Positions 25,830 through 38,000 of a stretch of 64,000 nucleotides of DNA are shown one piece after another. Position 1 is the stretch's first letter. Each line of letters opens with the position of its first letter. A program made the position numbers and the translations under genes. The notes beneath the pieces are model-generated. The model was not told the DNA's origin and made no database searches. It saw nothing but the letters and a program-made list of their open reading frames with translations. The DNA comes from Lepidodermella squamata (taxonomy: Eukaryota > Animalia > Gastrotricha): contig JBLDXI010000058.1 in assembly GCA_047495785.1 (NCBI GenBank), positions 248,001-312,000 of the forward strand, in the 5' to 3' direction.

Positions 25830-28800
25830 CATTAACCAAATAGATAGATGCATTTTGAGATATGTACCCAAAATCGCTCACGCACTTCCGTTTTTCGTTT
25901 TTCAGAATAAATAATGTTGTCATTAGATTTGAGGCTCTAGTGAGACACTTTTACGGGTAAACGAGTCACCCAGTTGACCGATTAATTAAGCGCCTTTTCT
26001 CGATATCGTATTATATATTTCGTAAACATCGAACTGATGAATATGATGATGAATAGCTGCTTCCCACGTGTTGTTGATATTATAATGCCCATGCTTTTGT
26101 TTTCTTCTAAAGACACTCAATCACAAGACCGATCATGCACATTGTATTGAACTTGCTTTCGGCCCTAAAAACCCGTGCGAATATGTTATTGTTGTGAATC
26201 TGAACTCTAACAAATTGTTGGTCACCTGATGCAGTTTATCTTATGGGAAAACAATGATATGTAGCCGGTGCTCAGTTATCACCATTTTTCGTTGTATTTT
26301 TGTATCATAAAATTGTAATAAATGTCTCGTGATCAAAACGCAGTGCGAACTATGGAATGAAAATATGACTCGGAGTCGTTTATTTTCTGCAGAATGTCAG
26401 TAAAAGTAAAGCAAAATGAAGTGAAACTCGAATTTCAGATCGTTTTTTTTACCCAAAACAACTCACTAATATGTCAGTAGCCAGGCCAAACTGACCTGAT
26501 AAATTGATCCCCTGCATGCTGTACAGAGTGTCGTAAATAAATTTGATTTCAACTTCAAGCTCAATACACACCCACTAATAGGGCTCGGCGGATTCGAGAC
26601 GTGACCTGCAGTAATGAATCGCGGTGACATTTCACGTGAAACGGCGTCGCTGTTCAAAGACAATATGCTCCTGATGTATGTGAAGCATATTTTCACGCAA
26701 TGCGGTTGTCAATACTTATTTAAATGATGAGACTTCAAACGGCTGAGCTGCGGATTTCGTCGATATTCATGCGTTGATGTCCATTTAACTAGCTAATTAA
26801 ATTTAAGGAAAATCAATAAAAAAGAGTACTATCGCTCCTGATTCGGAGGCCCTTGTTCTAAAAGATCTCATTCGCCGTTAACGATGCTATCTTTTGGTCA
26901 CCTATAAATGTTACTTTTGGTTTAACGAAGGAATGAATTTCTATGAATAATGTTCTAAGACGTCTGCTAGTCTGTCTGCTAGACTGCTAGTGCATATGGT
27001 GTAAATTTCAATTTTTTTTAAAGGCGCGTTTCCTGTGACAGGTGAAGCATGTTTTTTAATTTCGATAATTCATCATCGCGTCTAGCTTTTACAGCATATA
27101 CGTATGCGAAGCAGTAAGGCCTTTCAACTTTTATCATTGATAGGTATCGCTCTATTATTGTAGGATCGTGAATTTTTAGGGCCTAAATTCCCATTCAGCC
27201 TGGTTTTGAAAGACCGGGTGTCGTCTGCTTGTCGTCTGCTGACCTGTGCGACCCGGGTGTCCTCAAGGCGGCGGCTTTCAGCTCTGTAAACAACTGCTAC
27301 CGACCAGCGAGTGCCGTTAACTGCCGCGCGCGCGCAACGGTTTGGTGAATCGCAAACGGTTCCTATTTGCGCAAGACGTGTCTATTAGCGCCTTATAACG
27401 GGTGTAAATTCCTTATATTCAAAACGGTTAGGATGCGCACTTTTATTGCCGCGCGGTCTTGCCGTTATTGCCGGTTTTATTCGGTTTAAAAGCAATTGTC
27501 ACCGCGCAACAACTAATCGAGTGTAAACATCCCCGCTGCAACGGCGAAGCGTGTAATCAGCGTCAGACAATGCACGGTGTGGTAACGCTTACAGGTAATT
27601 GCTTTCCAGTCATCCTAACGCCTCCAGAACGTTCTGCCGATGTGGCTATTTAGAGCTGGCAAATGCTCGCCTTCGACCCTTATGCGTGGTGGTCACTTTT
27701 TTGGCGCCAAATCGCCACGCAGCTGCAATCAAATCGCTATATCGTGTGTTATTAAATCGCGCTAACGACTTCATTCCGTGCGCATTAAGGAGTTGCGTGC
27801 CCCGGGCGACTTTCGAGTGCCCCGGTATTAGTAAGCCTGCGTCCGGGCCATCGAAACACGCCCCGCGGTTCCCGCGCACCCATCGAGAACACTTAAGCCT
27901 GCTTATTGCCCATTCACATGTTTGCCCAAGTCATCGGGTCAGATAATCGCATCTGTTCCGCCTCGTGAATTAATCACAGGTAAATTTTTGCACTCTAGGT
28001 GTTTCATAATAGACGCGTCACCGGCAGCGCCTGCGGCATGCGCCTTGCCGATCCCACCAAACTAAATAGCTGCCATTCGCCCCTTGTGCCGCATGCCTTG
28101 TCGAATATTAGCTGTCGGTGACGTAGAATGCAATGCGCATGAAGAAAAAATACACGCAATTCCTGCTAGCGGTCGAATTTCGCGACGTTTAAAGGCTGGG
28201 TTCTGAGTAAGCTTTTCTGCGAGACTTAAAGTTCTTGTTAGATTTTCTAACAAATTTTAATCAAGCTGAAAAGCATTTATAGCGCTTTAAGGAAGCAACG
28301 CTCGGCGTTATCGTTTTTATCTCAGATTTCACCTATCTCGACTTTGAGCCTCGTTTAATAACCGCATATGTAATATAAATGTTTACCGTTGCCAACTATT
28401 ATTTATCTACATACATACACACCAGCAAGGTGGCACTCGAACGATAAGAGATGCGCATAAAAGCTGAGTTGCGCATCGACCTCTCAAGAGCACTTCAGGT
28501 TTCTGCTACACATTTATGTCCTGTATTTAGATCGCTCCGCTATTGCACTAGAAGTTCTATTTAACTCGACTAACTGCGCCCCGATGTTATCTATCGAAGT
28601 TGCCCGTAAACAGTTCGAAAATAACAATTTAGCCTTTATTTTTTTAGCGCGCCCACGCTAGAATTATCCAGATGAGCTGATTTGATCAATGCTCAACACG
28701 GCTTAATGTTCGTGTATTTTTTGATTTGCGAGTTCCCGCTGTAAAAAAAATAAATGCGCCTAAACGGCTCCTCCGCCTCACCCGCAATTAATATGTGGGC

Positions 28801-29493
28801 CTAATCAGCGACATAATCCCTGCTCTCAGCTCGGAAGCCCTACTGCCATCTCGCCCGAAAGGTGAGGATACAGCCACAGTGTGTCACCTTATCACTTTCG
28901 ATTGTGTAAGTGCCTGGGCGTCCACGTGCTGCCCTTCCGCTGACGGACGTGTCCTTGGCATAATCTGGGGTGAATTAGCCACCAATCAGCGCTCGCGATA
29001 ATTAACCTCAATTCGTTATGCAACTTTCACCTCATTTCACCTCGGCTCAATTGCCGTCGTTTATGCCACGCACACCGCCTGCGCCATAGCCGACCCGCCC
29101 TCGCATTTGATTGACTGCGCGGCAAGGCGAATATAAATAAAAAATAACGCTAAGTGTACTTTACCTGAAATCGATTGAATTGGGTTTATTGTCTTTTATT
29201 CTGACGTCAAAGGTCCAACCAGTGGTCAGATGCTTAATCGTAGGCTTTAGTAATCTTCTCATCATCGCAATATTTGTCTGTTTTTTCTATCATACGCAGT
29301 AAGGCGAAAGAACGTGCTCGGAGCGACTTTGACACCGCGCCCGCGCACATGCTCATATCGTTTTACGAACACTCATTTGCGCTCAAACTCACAAGTCTAT
29401 TTCGTTTTATTTTCAAATTGTCACCGAATTTTTCGATAGATCCACCCTTTTAACCTTAGTTTATACCTTTACGCACACAACTGAGTTGATATC

Positions 29494-31733
29494 ATGGCGT
29501 CGATTAGACCCGGTTTCCAAGTGACTTGCTCGCTGCTTCTCCTCCTGCTGAATTGTGCCTCGAACGCTGCTGACTCGACGCCGGAATCCGGTGATCACCT
29601 CGTGCTGCACAACAAGCTAGCTGACTACTTGCAGCAACTGCAGGCGCACGACTATTTTATCATGACCGATGACGCTGGGCTACCAGTGAAAAATGCGACA
29701 TGGTCCGACTACTGGGATCTGGTTGCTGACTCGCGCAAACGCCTACTGGCCTCCGAAATTGCCGAGTCGCTGCAGCTCGCCAACGACGCTTTCCTCGACG
29801 AGACCGAAGTCGACCGCGTTATCACGTGGCCGGGAGTGCGGGCTCAACTCGCCGAAGTCGCGTCTTTCAACGAAAATTCACTGAAGACGGTGCCGGGCGG
29901 TGCTAGTAACTGGCTCAGCGCTCCGCCTCCCCATGCGGCGATACCCACCGCCGGACAAGAAACTGAACTTGTCATCGCCCGTTTCGGTGAGTAGTCATCT
30001 TTTTACCCTTATGCGTTTTTCGCCGTTTTGATTCGAAAAGTGATTATATTTTTTTTCTCTTTTTCCAGAGGGTGCCCGACCATCGAGCGACATGCCTTCT
30101 GCTAAGAACGACTCTCATTCTGTACCAACATGGCGTTACACCTACAACCTGGATATCGTGCAGCGCGATTGCCCCGTAGCCGAGGCTACCTTGCATCTGA
30201 CGATTCGTGGAGTCGATATCGAGGCACTGTTGCCGACTACAACTCCAGCTTCTGGCGAAGTCGACGAAACTTCACCTATCAACGCGCGCCGCCGGAGAGC
30301 CCACAAGAACCACGGCCGTCACCGCTCCTCATCGGCGCCCCACACCAAGGCCGACACGGATGACGATGCTCGTGCTCCTAAGCTCGTTGTGGAAATCGGC
30401 ACCCAATTTTACAGCATTTACGATGCCCCCATCACTCATGAAACCTACGACCTTGAGGTAATAATAACCGCGCACTCAAATTGCACTTATTTATTGTAAC
30501 GCTGAGAAGCGAATTAGCAGTAGGGAAATAGCTAATTTGTTCAAAGGAATTCAGGGAAAAAGTCTTTATGACGCGTAAATCTACGCAGTTTTTACAGCAA
30601 TAGGTTTCACTGCGTCAATGAGTTCACTAGGGTATGTTGGAAAACATCCAGCGACGTAGGGGCTGATGCCAGTAAGCGGACATTTTGGTAGACCAGGCAG
30701 AGGGCAAGTGACTGTCAGCATTCCTTCAGGGTTGATGTAGCATCGCACATTGGCTGGTAAGCAATCGATAGGCAAACTGATTTCGCGATAGAATGAACGC
30801 CGAACAGCACCAGGTTGGGTCAGTAGGGATGGGCAGAGCTTGGGAATTTCGGACATGAATTCACCTTTTGTTGTACCATCGAATTTATCCTCATGGTTGG
30901 CTTCGATGATGACTCGGGCATTATGCAAACCGGCTTTGATCTGAAAAACAAGGATCAGAGTTACTCCCTAATAATTTATTTTTTGCGCTTACCTCATCGG
31001 GGCGGAATTTTGACAAGTCGAAGCTAACGCAAAAGACACGGTTGCCAAACTCATCAATTTTAATGGGGTTGTGCATGCTGAAGTATTCGGACCAGTTGGC
31101 AGGACGGCCGGGAATCTTGCCTAGGTCGCAGTTGATTTCCTTGTTCATCCAGTTTAGCCAATTGCGGACGTTCCACATAGCCATATGACGGTCGCGCTCA
31201 GATTCCACCGGGCTCGACAGGCGCGCGCCAAACTTGCTCGACGGGAAGAACGGAGGGACAGTGGCTGTTGAAAACACAGGGCAGTTGCCGATAGGAGAAA
31301 CACCACCCTGCATTGGGCCCGCTGGCCAGCTTGTTGAAGGATTCATGAACATTTCGGTATTAGGGTTGAGCGTTGATTCTGAGGCGAGTTGGGAAGCCTC
31401 ATATCGGCTTTAAATGCGCTGAGTAATTATTTTTTGCTGCGCTGCAATCAGGCAAATTAAAAAACGGGGGAAATTTTTAGTTGATATAATTGCAAATTGA
31501 ACTTTGATCTCCGTATTAATCTAAATTTCTTTTTTTAGGTTCCAATCACTGACCTGGTTCGCTTGTGGGCCTCGTCACCTCGCCATTGGCGCGGTGGACA
31601 TCAAATCGTCGTGACAAGCCCGTTGATGCCCGGCATGTCCCTACCAGTGGCAATTGTTGAGAAGAACGCAACTCAAACGAAAGAAGGACCCTACGTTGAG
31701 ATTCGGTACTCACACACATCTCGTGGAGAGTAA
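29494..31733 (+). CDS. TGF-beta superfamily ligand precursor (activin/myostatin-like prodomain); mature domain missing, truncated at the palindrome junction
   Basis: Exons 29494-29986, 30069-30457, 31539-31733; signal peptide; RKRLLASEIAESLQL (straitjacket-like helix), VAEATLHL, VPITDLVRLW, PYVEIR prodomain motifs; no cystine-knot exon in the window. Confidence 0.62.
30581..31352 (-). CDS. Small heat-shock protein (Hsp20/alpha-crystallin), nested antisense in TGF-beta intron 2
   Basis: FCVSFDLSKFRPDEIK..VIIEANHEDK..RSFYREISLP..EGMLTVTCPLP; one 52-bp intron at 30941-30992. Confidence 0.88.
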
Positions 31734-31796
31734 ACCTGCCTGGAAACGCTGGTTCTAACGTCTGGCTCAGTCAAGCTCGATAAACAAGAAGAAGCC
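31732..31796 (+). pseudogene. 65-bp inverted copy of host MARCH-gene coding sequence
   Basis: Reverse complement of 51532-51595 (KTCLETLVLTSGSVKLDNKKKP) with one extra A; lies outside the AGTAGT terminus. Confidence 0.9.
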
Positions 31797-31818
31797 AGTA
31801 GTAAGGATGGGAACTTTG

Positions 31819-31983
31819 GATCAGTAATAGCAGTACGGCGATTTTTACTATAGCCGTTTGGTATAAATATACGCAATTTGCGATCAGTAATGGCAGTACG
31901 GCGATTTTTACTATACCCGTTTGGTATAAATATACGCAATTTGGGGATGAGTAATAGCAGTACGGCGATTTGTACTATAGCCG
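31819..31983 (+). repeat. Subterminal ~63-bp tandem repeat (about 2.6 copies)
   Basis: Unit GATCAGTAATAGCAGTACGGCGATTTTTACTATAGCCGTTTGGTATAAATATACGCAATTTGC starting at 31819, 31882 and 31946. Confidence 0.92.
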
Positions 31984-32249
31984 CTTCTTGTCAATATACC
32001 TTCGTTTTAACCCACTGCTATGATTTCACCTAACTAAAATAAACAAATCTTCGTTTTTTCACCTGTTATGAGCTAAACTAATCATTTTTACACTGCTTCT
32101 TTAGTGCAGCTGCAATAGAGCCCTTTTTCATTCACACAAACACTTTTTATTAGTCTTAACGTTTCAAGCAATGAATTTATAGCTGGGATAAGTCTTATCA
32201 GTTTTTCTATTCATTTGTTCAGAGATTTGTAGCGGCTTGATTGGAGGGG

Positions 32250-32753
32250 TTAACGTCCAGATGAACCGAATCCGTTATCGCCACGGGTCGAATTTGCTGC
32301 TAGAGCGTTTTTCAATGGCCCCGTTACCGTTACTGCAGATTCTAAGCGACCATATTTTAAACACACCAACTGGGTAATACGGTCGCCTATTTTAATCTTG
32401 TAAGGTGTTTTGCTGTTGTTTGCAAGGCAGACTACGATTTTTCCGGTGTAGTCGGCGTCTTTAATTCATGAAAAATACAGATATTCATTAGTAATTTTCA
32501 TTATTATTTGCTTCTTACCTATTACTCCAGCGACCGTATCGATTCCATGGTTGATGCTCATTCCTGATCGACTGAATAGTTGTCCATAATATCCTCGTGG
32601 TAAACAGATTTTAATATCAGTTTGAATCAGTCCCCTGGTTCCAGGTTGCAGTGTCGTCTCTTCTGCTGAATAGATGTCCCAACCCACAGAGCCTTTAGTA
32701 TGCTTTGTCGGTTCTTTAGCTTTGTTACTTGTTAGCTCTACCTTCAGCTTCAT
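32250..32753 (-). CDS. dut: dUTPase (trimeric type), 2 exons, left arm
   Basis: GSVGWDI, SRSG, GVI|DADYTG (motif III split by a 60-bp intron), GDRITQL, RGDNGFGSSG. Confidence 0.95.
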
Positions 32754-32923
32754 ATTTTATAATTTATATTGTTACTGAGGTTCGATTTTTATGTGAGCGG
32801 CTACCTCCTTTCAGGCATATTGTTTTTGTAATTCAATCTTCCTTAAAAATGCATTAGGGCCTTTAGCTCTGTTGACCCCTCAGTGCTGGCTTTAATGCTT
32901 TTCATCAAAGATTCTTGGTATTG

Positions 32924-33181
32924 TATACATCCTCCTTAATTGCTGTCGGTAATTCAATAAGAAAACATCATGTCAATAAATCTTATACATCCTCCCTAAT
33001 TAAACAATGCGATTTTTTACTTATCAAAATAAAAAGCAATTAGGATTTTTTACCCTTTACGGTGTAATTACCTTAAACAATTCAAACAAAACATCTCCCT
33101 GTTTTTTCCTTTTATGGAAATATCACTCAGACTATTTAAGAGAGATGCTTCAAGAATACACTTAGCATATTTCTTGAAGCA
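32924..33181. promoter_or_regulatory. Divergent promoter region between dUTPase and dNK
   Basis: TATACATCCTCCYTAATT twice, 60 bp apart (32924, 32984); TATTTAAG at ~33133; 11-bp stem TGCTTCAAGAA/TTCTTGAAGCA at 33146-33181 just before the dNK ATG. Confidence 0.45.
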
Positions 33182-33187
33182 AGCTGG

Positions 33188-33952
33188 ATGCATCCTAAAG
33201 TCTACCATTTCGGCATAGTCGGCAACATTGGGGCGTAAGTCTCATATACTCCACCGAATAGAATTCTATTTAAAGTCTCTTGTTTTAGCGGGAAATCAAC
33301 CTTAATCGAGGGTCTCACTAATCTACCTTCACTCAACCGTAAACTTCAGGGATATACCGCGTGGCCAATTTGCGAGCCTGTTCATCGTTGGGAGTCCTTT
33401 ACTGATGACGATAAAACTAACATTTTGAAAGATTACTATCAGATGAAAAATGCGTTCAACTTTCAAATTGTAGCCACGAGTGATATGTGCGGCCTTTATT
33501 CAGCCCCTAACCACAAACCTGAAATCTACGGGGCGCATACTATCGTTCTGCATGATCGAACGCCCTTCTGTTCTAAAAACGTCTTTATCCCATGTGCGTA
33601 TGCATCCAAGCGCATAAATTCTATCGAATATCACGCTCTCATGAATTTGTATGATAATTTCGAGCCGAATTTTGTAAAAACTGAAGCTATTATTTACTTG
33701 CGCTCCTCTCCCCAAATAGCTTGTCAAAGAGCCGTAGCTAGAGCTCGGGGTTCTGAAATGCTATTATCACTGGATTATTTACGCCTCGTACATGAGTTTC
33801 ATGAAAAAATGTGTACTGTTGAGACTACAAACAAATCCCTACCATGTCCCGTGCTTGTTATCGACACTGATAATTTGAATGCCTCTGAGGTTCTAAAGCA
33901 AGCTTCTCAGTATGTTGCCTCTCTTATCACGCCTGTAATCTCTCAGACTTGA
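33188..33952 (+). CDS. Deoxynucleoside kinase (dNK/TK2/dCK family), 2 exons, left arm
   Basis: P-loop GNIGA|GKST split by intron 33235-33288; EPVHRW, NILKDYY, FQI, DRTPF, IIYLRSSP, RARGSE, DYLRLVHEFHE. Confidence 0.93.
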
Positions 33953-33962
33953 ATCCTCATTG

Positions 33963-34325
33963 ATGGATCCAACAAGACTTGTGCTCTCGAACAGCCAGAT
34001 TTTAGACGCTGAATCTTTGCAATGTCCAATTTGTTTATCTATCCTACTTAATCCTATTCAAACGCGCCCCTGTGGCCATTTATTTTGTACTAAATGTGTT
34101 CTCGCTATTTTTCAAAATTCAGCTCGAACAGTATGTTGCTGTCCACTTTGCCGCGAATCATTAACAGGGAAAGATTTCGTTAAACCCCCTGTAATTTTAT
34201 CGAACATTATCTCGAATTTGATTTACAAATGCCAATATTCTGATAAAGGCTGTCCCATTACTCTAACTTATGACCTCATTTTTGGGCATGAAAAGTTATG
34301 CCAATATAAAGAACCCATCCCTTAA
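33963..34325 (+). CDS. C3HC4 RING plus TRAF-type zinc-finger protein (putative E3 ligase), left arm
   Basis: CPIC..PCGHLFCTKC..CPLCR followed by KCQY..GC..HEKLCQY. Confidence 0.88.
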   Translation: MDPTRLVLSNSQILDAESLQCPICLSILLNPIQTRPCGHLFCTKCVLAIFQNSARTVCCCPLCRESLTGKDFVKPPVILSNIISNLIYKCQYSDKGCPITLTYDLIFGHEKLCQYKEPIP

Positions 34326-34367
34326 AGTTTTACATTCTTATTTCATTAGATTTAATTTTCAATAATC

Positions 34368-34889
34368 ATGGCTGAGGCGATAGTAGAATCTGCTAACCAG
34401 ACAGTCAATCATCACATGTCTAGTAACTTGGTCATTCAACAGCATCCTCAGGATTCTAATCTCATCTACATAATGACTGATCGCAAAGATAAGAACGATA
34501 AGCCTAAAAAACTCGCCTTTAGACAAGACGAATTTCTTAGCCAGTTCGTTCCTTATTTTCGACCGCCGAATGATGCTTGGGTTGCTCAGGCTCAACTTGC
34601 CCTGCTATCTCACAACACAGGCTTTAAATTTTCGATGCATGAATGCAAAATTGAAGTCTGTGTCTTTGTGCCATCATTTTCACCGATTCTTATAGATATA
34701 CGCAGGTTTTATCTGGATGCTAAAGGTATTTACTTCAAATTTACAGTAATAGCAATCTTTTTATGATTTAACTTTTTAGGAAATAAACAACCCTCAAGAC
34801 AAGGAGTCTCTCTTGATGCAGCTCAGTTTCAAGACCTTGCAACTGGGGTGTTAACTGTTGCAGCGATGATTGAAACAGCCAATGAATAA
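34368..34889 (+). CDS. PC4/Sub1-domain ssDNA-binding protein, 2 exons, left arm
   Basis: Spliced (intron 34726-34779) IDIRRFYLDAK|GNKQPSRQGVSLDAAQFQDL matches the PC4 signature IDIREY..KPGRKGISL..EQW..L. Confidence 0.85.
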
Positions 34890-35006
34890 GCTAACACAAA
34901 ACTTGACTAAAATGACTTACTGAATATTTATTTCAATCTATCCTTGTAATAAAGTTTTACCTCTTCCCAAATTCGATCAATTTTAAATTTTTAATCTTAG
35001 ATTGTT

Positions 35007-38000
35007 ATGGATAACTATAGTTTACAATACTCATTTATTCGAAGTAATCGCCTGATTCATTCTACAAAATTCAAAATGTTTTCTGTGGAGTACTTCATTC
35101 AGCCCGTAACATCCGACTTTGCCTCAACCTACATCAACAGATATGGCCAATCTTCTAGTTCGCTTGGGCCGATGATTCAATTGTCTGGTGGCGCTGATGA
35201 ACCTCGACTGGATAATATTCGATCATTTGTGCAGAACGTACCAGCCGACCAGGTGGCTAATATTGATTTGGAGACCCGCTTCAATATTCTGGCCAACTTC
35301 CTGTTCGATATTGTTGTAAATATCCATCGTGATTTACCTGTGAATTCCTTCTGCCGGCTAACACTGTACCACCCCGACTTGAAGATGCCTCTTAGCCTAC
35401 CCTTCATGAAACGCGATCGGTTGCTGGAAATTTCAATTTTTGATCAACTGAGAAAAATATTACAGAGTAATGAAGAACTCTCATTTGCTGGTCGGTGGAC
35501 AATTCGTCTCTGTGTCATTGATAACCCCAATGCAGATCTAGGTCAAATTGTTGGTGGTTCTCGGGCAGAGCGGGCTATAAACGAAACTTTGGACAAATTT
35601 TTTCTTCGCTCCAAATCGATCGTTAGAATCGGAGCGCGCAAGAATGAAACGAACAATCTTTGCATGGGCAGAGCTCTCATCACTGGAGTGGCTTTGGCTC
35701 ACATGAAGGCGAATCCTACGGATCCATCTCTTCAAGCAACCTTCAAATCGATACGTAGTACGCGAACCAATCGTCAATTTCGCGAAGCCACGGCGCTATA
35801 TCAGAAAGCGGGCTTACCTCTCAACCTTCCAGCCTACAATCTAGATGATCATTACTCAGCCCTGTGTTCGGCTATCGATCCTGAACATAATACTTACAGA
35901 TTCGTAGTATACTCGTACGAATCACAGGATGTTATTAGGGAAATCCCAGAATTTGATCATCGCGTAAGCCTTGGGTTGCTTCCTGTTGTTCTACTGGTTT
36001 ATCGCAACGACGTCTCTCAGCCCAACAGTCATCATTTTCATGTCATTGCGAATCTCAACTTTATGAAGGCCACTCTTAGCAATGCACAACGAATATGCCC
36101 CACTTGCTTTCAGACGAAAACGAGTACGGCTGTGCACAGATGCAAGTTGGCATGCTCTTCCTGCCGTAATTTTTACATGAAAAACCTGAATTTCACTTCT
36201 TTTATCATTAATATTATTTTAGGTGTATCAGGGAGCATTTGCCGTGTGATTTCCAACACAGACCAACAAAACTACACGCGGTGTCCGCAATGTCGTGCAG
36301 GTCTGATGTTTTTAACCTTTTCATTATTATTCAGCTCTTTTTATGTTTTTAGTTTTGTATAGCGAACGTTGTAAGCAAAACCACAAATGTGCTAAAAAGA
36401 ATCCATGCTTTAAATGCGGGAGGAAATTTGTACATTTTCTCAAGCATGAGGCTATGTGTCCCGGGCGGCGCTGTCACATTTGTCAGGAGCCTTTGAAAGC
36501 CAGCGACGAAGAAAATGGCACACACTTCTGCTTCATGACTCCCTTGGTATACTCATTTTTTTCAGTCCAGCTTTTTTCAAAATACTGTGGTTGGTGTATT
36601 TTTAGCCCTTGAAACCGGCGAATAAACTGGAACGTTATCGTAACCTAGTTTTTTGGGACACTGAGACATTTTCGCCATCACTTGCTGATAACAACAATGA
36701 GTTCCAAGTATGCCTTATCGTTGCAAAGGTCGTATGCATACCTCACTGCATCGAAGCGAGGATTCAGCGATGCCATTCTAGTTGTGGACTTCATATTTTT
36801 TATGGAAGTCGTCCTCTGGAGGATTTCGTAAACTGGGTGCTTCTACCTATGAATTACCAGTCGATTTATTTGGCTCACAACTCAGCCAATTTCGATTCCT
36901 TATTATTACTGAAAGAAATTCAAACACGATGTTCTAAAGTGAAGATTCTTCAAAGGCAGGGATCTCTACTATGCATTGATTTCAAACAACAAAAAATCAG
37001 ATTTTTGGATTCATATCTCTTTTTTCAATGCAGATTAAGGTAGGTTACCTAAGAAACACTAAGAAACTACATTGCTTACAGGTATTTGTTCAACAACAGG
37101 GATTTACCAGCAACAATGGGAATCCCAGACAAGAAAACCTTCTTTCCTTACGTCTTATGCACTAAAGAAAAGTAAGTACATCATCAACTTCTTGAGCTAT
37201 TGTGATTGAATTCGCTGTAATCCTTCGAGTTTCAATCTCGAATTCCCACAGCTGCCTAATATGATCTACTATGAGCCTGACAAAATGTCTCCTTCTGAAA
37301 GAGCAGAATTTCTAACTTTCTACAACGAAAACAAACTGAAACGGTTCAGTGTTCGCCACACGTTACTGCAATACTGCATACAGGATTGTCTAGTTTTGGA
37401 AAAGGCGTCAATCAAATTTCGGGCGCTAATGCTGGAGTTGTGTTCTACTGATGCCTTTAAAGAATGCATCACACTAGCTTCTCTCACAAGCACATGCTTC
37501 CGCAAGCTGTTTCTTACGAAGGATACATTACCTGTCATCCCGACCGCTGGCTACTGTGGCAAGGATTCACACAGCAGGCTCTCGATAGCTTTTCTTCAAT
37601 TTCTGATGGAGTCTGACCCTGAAACTTATGGTTCAATGAAACACGCTCAGAACTCACGTCAAGAAGTTCGAATATCTATACCTGGCCACCGTTATCCTTA
37701 TCGCGTCGACGGTTTTGTTGCACGTCGTGATAAAATTCCGAGTGAACCCGATCTGATTGTCGAGGTTCATGGTTGTGCTGTCCATGGCTGCTTGCAATGC
37801 TTTGAGGCCTCACAACTAAATTTTCTATCTGGACAACCAAACGGCGTAGTTTACAAGCAAACCTTGGAACGTGAAGAGTTGTTTCGCTCGAATGGTTACA
37901 TTCTTCAAAGCTTTTGGGAGCATGAAATTAGAGCTAGTTTCAAACAACACCCGAGAGCACAGGAGATTTATGATAATCTCACAATAGCTAATGTAATGGA

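Noticed and set aside
26466-29001. Short ORFs upstream of the TGF-beta-like gene
   Set aside because: No domains or coherent exon structure; more likely non-coding regulatory DNA, and I cannot support specific sites
31691-31939. 82-aa ORF with an internal repeat
   Set aside because: Translation of the subterminal repeats across the junction; not a plausible gene
31819-31983. CRISPR-like array
   Set aside because: Units are head-to-tail tandem repeats with no unique spacers; eukaryotic context; no cas genes
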